The notes beneath the pieces were generated by a model. It was not told where the DNA came from. It was given only the letters and a program-made list of their open reading frames with translations, and made no database searches. A stretch of DNA of 64,000 bases. Source: an uncultured Gemmatimonadales bacterium (GTDB lineage: Bacteria > Gemmatimonadota > Gemmatimonadetes > Longimicrobiales > Gaopeijiaceae). This document shows positions 62,708 to 64,000 of this stretch, in pieces. The translations under genes were made by a program, and so were the position numbers. The DNA is taken from NCBI GenBank assembly GCA_963823035.1, contig CAWGKG010000010.1, positions 1 to 64,000 on the forward strand, read 5' to 3'. Positions within the stretch are counted from its first letter, which is position 1. Each line of letters starts with the position of its first letter.

Positions 62708-64000
62708 TTACCTCACGCGCGCCTCCGCGTGTGCGTGCTCCGCGGCCCCACCGCTCGGGAAGAAGAGCGCCACGGCGAGGCCGACCACCGCCATCGCTGC
62801 CATGATCAGGTAGACGGAGTGCAGCCCACCGTCCAGCGAGGACACGAGGCCGCGCAGCGTCTCTTCGGGGATCTGCGCCCTCCGCACCGGGCTCAGCACG
62901 GCGTTGGGGTCGACGCTGGTCTGGCCCGCCAGGTGTGCGTTGAGCACGGTGCCCAGCACGGCCACGGCGATGGCTCCACCGATCGTGCGGAAGAACTGCA
63001 CCGAGCTGGTGGCGACGCCGCGCCCCCGGCGGGGGACGGCGTTCTGCACGGCCAGGAGGTAGGGGGTGGCCATGAAGCCGAGGCCGAGGCCGACCAGGAA
63101 CATGGCGGCCATGACGAGGCCGCGGCCCGACCCGGCGTGGGCGGTCGACAGGAGCAGCGATCCGCCGGTCGCGAAGACGGAGCCGACGATCGCGAAGGGG
63201 CGGTAGCCCCAGCGCACGGCCCACCAGCCGGAGAGCGTGCTCGCGATGGGCCATCCTATCGACATGGGCGCGAGGGTCATGCCCGCGTCGATGGCGGTGC
63301 CGCCGAGCACACCCTGCGTGAACATCGGTACGAAGGCCGAGGCGCAGAACAAGACGGTGCCGATCACCACGCTCCCGAGGCTCGACACCGCGATGACCGG
63401 GTTGCGGAAGAGCTCGAGCGGGAGCATGGGCTCGGGCGCCCGCCGCTCCTGCGCCAGGAACCAGGCCAGACCGACGCCTGATCCCGCGATCATCCCGAGC
63501 GTGCGCGCGTCGGTCCACCCCCACAGCTCGCTCCCCTCCAGGAGCGCGAGCAGGAGCAGCGCCACGGCCGCGGTGAGCGTGAGCGTGCCCATCACGTCGA
63601 GGCGGTGCTCCCGCCGCTCCGTCTCCTCCCGCAGGAAGAGCGCGAGGATGAGCGCCGACACGATGCCGAAGGGCACGTTCAGGTAGAACACCCACCGCCA
63701 CGACAGCAGGTCGGTGATGAGCCCGCCCGCCGCGGGCCCCACCAGGCTCGACACCGCCCAAACTCCGGAGAAGAGCCCCTGCATCCGGCCGCGCTCCTCC
63801 AAGGTGTAGATGTCGCCGACCAGCGTGATCGTGACGGGCTGTACGCCACCCGCGCCCAGCCCCTGGATCGCGCGGTAGGCGATGAGCTGCGTGAAGGAGG
63901 TAGCCGTCCCGCTCAGCACGGCGCCGAGCATGAAGAGCGTCACGCTGATCAGGTAGATGCGGCGCCGGCCGTACAGGTCGGCCAGCTTACCGAACATCGG
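62708..64000 (-). CDS. MFS drug:H+ antiporter (EmrB/QacA-like), 5' end outside window
   Basis: GKLADLYGRR, RAIQGLGAGG, WRWVFYLNVPFG, FFRTIGGA. Confidence 0.92.
   Translation of the reverse strand, partial: PMFGKLADLYGRRRIYLISVTLFMLGAVLSGTATSFTQLIAYRAIQGLGAGGVQPVTITLVGDIYTLEERGRMQGLFSGVWAVSSLVGPAAGGLITDLLSWRWVFYLNVPFGIVSALILALFLREETERREHRLDVMGTLTLTAAVALLLLALLEGSELWGWTDARTLGMIAGSGVGLAWFLAQERRAPEPMLPLELFRNPVIAVSSLGSVVIGTVLFCASAFVPMFTQGVLGGTAIDAGMTLAPMSIGWPIASTLSGWWAVRWGYRPFAIVGSVFATGGSLLLSTAHAGSGRGLVMAAMFLVGLGLGFMATPYLLAVQNAVPRRGRGVATSSVQFFRTIGGAIAVAVLGTVLNAHLAGQTSVDPNAVLSPVRRAQIPEETLRGLVSSLDGGLHSVYLIMAAMAVVGLAVALFFPSGGAAEHAHAEARVR

Noticed and set aside
1..64000. rRNA, tRNA, riboswitch, prophage or defence genes
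   Set aside because: None recognisable by eye; an Infernal/tRNAscan run would be needed to exclude small RNAs

Overview
High-GC (roughly 70% by eye) bacterial DNA. The gene content (VPS10 propellers, M14/M6 peptidases, DUF4382 lipoprotein, clade II nosZ) suggests Gemmatimonadota, which is an inference. Many genes carry 1-bp frameshifts typical of an unpolished long-read assembly; I reconstructed them across frames, so those boundaries are approximate. Order: LVIVD + DUF305 pair; Tat VPS10 protein; two GH29 fucosidases; lipoprotein + M6 protease with a dockerin-like tail; MsrPQ-like pair + Met-rich lipoprotein; PQQ sugar dehydrogenase; TolC/MFP/RND pump; DUF4091 protein; second VPS10; DUF4382; glgB; SBP-HK-sigma54 activator-TPR module; TPR protein; ClC; M14 peptidase; a chaperone-usher-like pilus locus with a ~958-bp direct duplication; a second sigma54 activator; a receiver-rich signalling cassette with CBS protein and SLC13 transporter; DUF2277; a LUD remnant; a clade II nos cluster (cytc-nosZDFY-nosB); an MFS pump. 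Best candidates for new biology: (1) the sigma54-driven pilus locus whose duplication ends exactly at a signal-peptide cleavage site and joins one leader to two different pilins; (2) a putative cohesin-like lipoprotein / half-dockerin protease anchoring pair; (3) the SBP-HK-activator circuit with visible enhancer, IHF-like and -24/-12 sites; (4) the Met-rich lipoprotein overlapping the MsrP-like gene. No rRNA, tRNA, CRISPR or transposase seen.
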